Shown here piece after piece: positions 63,101 to 64,000 of a stretch of 64,000 bases of DNA. Position 1 is the stretch's first letter, and each line of letters starts with the position of its first letter. The stretch lies in the NCBI GenBank assembly GCA_010909165.1, contig MU008193.1:420376-484375 (forward strand), read 5' to 3'. The stretch is from Anthoceros angustus (Eukaryota; Plantae; Anthocerotophyta). The position numbers and the translations under genes were made by a program. The notes below the pieces were generated by a model that was not told the DNA's origin, did not search any database, and saw nothing but the letters and a program-made list of their open reading frames with translations.

Positions 63101-63830
63101 TTGGTTGTCGCTGCGTTCGAGCCTCGGCATCGCCGGCTGGGCCCTATCTTCCTTCGCCTTAAGGGGCTCGCACGCCCCTTCTTCCTCCTTGCGGTTGTAG
63201 GCCATCCTCGGGACCTCAAGGTCCGCCTCGGGTCCTCCGGAGGTTCTTGGATCGGACCTCCTTGTTGATCGCCCACATCTTCGGGCAAACTCCGGACTAG
63301 GTAGCGTTGTCAAGGTCGAGACCATTTGGAACACGTCCGGATGCCACTCCTGCTGCTTCCCGGCCGGGCGAAGTCCGGATAGCCGGGTCACAATGTTGCG
63401 CTCCACGAGGTCCATGGCTCCCCCATCGGCTTTTGGGTGCCATTGCTTCTCCTCCTCTTGTTCTTTGTAGCTGGCCGGTCGTGGCACGATGTTCCTCCTT
63501 GCCCGCGTTGCTGCTCAGCCTTGACGCGCTCTAAGGCTGGCGCCCAAAAGATAGCGCCAGGCGGATTGCGGGCGCAAGGTATGAGGATTATGCGGAGGCT
63601 GCGGAGCCTCCCTCCTTGGCGCGCTTGTGGAAATGGCTGGCGGGCGCCTCTTCGTTGTCTGCGCGAGTGCATGGCTTACTCGACCCTCGCTTCCACTCGG
63701 CCTTACGCGCGCGCCGCGGGCGTGAATACTGCGCGGCCTCGGCAAGGTTACGGTCTGACCTCTGCATGCCCGACCTCCACTCGGGGCCGTCCACGTGGCG
63801 CCGCCTCGTCATCCTCACGCCTCGCTCCTA
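60160..63830 (-). pseudogene. Retroelement accessory ORF (coiled-coil, R/E-rich), frameshifted, with internal duplications
   Basis: MDLVERNIVTRLSGLRP..EWHPDVFQMVS; SIELATKVDHLGDNLLVFSHAP..GRIIFACLGQRQAKERS..HRFMYGDI. Duplications at ~61457-61668/61669-61880 and ~62290-62812/62830-63350. Confidence 0.55.
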
Positions 63831-64000
63831 GGTTACTTTCCACAGGCGTACTTATCCTATTTTGACACAGGTGGGTTCGGACTTATCCGTTACTCGGCGT
63901 GGTCGGAGCTTGCCATAGTAGTGCAGGGGTCCGTTGTTCACTCAGTCGGAGTATACTCCGCCTCGTCCGGCGCTACCCCAATTTATTCCTCCTTTTCCGC

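Larger units (their letters stand above)
56921..64000. mobile_element. Young LTR-type retroelement (partial; runs off the window)
   Basis: Abrupt composition change at TGTAGTGG (56921; reads ...CCACTACA on the minus strand). CpG-rich, with repeat-filled non-coding DNA and a minus-strand accessory ORF. No RT or integrase in the window, so element polarity is unresolved. Confidence 0.6.

Overview
Eukaryotic, plant-type DNA made almost entirely of nested, mostly decayed transposable elements. It has GT-AG introns, heavy CpG/CHG decay (CATG-rich) and a Ty3/gypsy fragment. A non-seed streptophyte source is my inference, not something the sequence proves. I found no rRNA, tRNA, CRISPR array or confidently intact host housekeeping gene. 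Main components, left to right: (1) a decayed Sola2-like DDE transposase with a convergent coiled-coil/RING-H2 gene (1-9 kb); (2) a truncated CACTA/CMC element ending in a CCCTA-type TIR at 22897; (3) a decayed Sola3-like transposase with an intronic palindromic minisatellite (24.8-27.4 kb); (4) gypsy RT/RNase H and LTR remnants; (5) a multi-exon Crypton-type tyrosine recombinase pseudogene (30.8-33.0 kb, minus strand) whose exon phases and catalytic motifs can be rebuilt by hand; (6) a complete 14,268-bp CACTA element (33117-47384) with perfect 29-bp CCCTA TIRs and an AAT target-site duplication; (7) an old inverted duplication of a small RING-H2 gene flanking a 27-bp-TIR element; (8) a second coiled-coil/RING-H2 gene cut by (9) a young, CpG-rich LTR-type element with a higher-order repeat block. 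Many single-base indels between near-identical repeats suggest that some frameshifts are sequencing or assembly noise. Family names come from motifs recognised by eye and need HMM confirmation.
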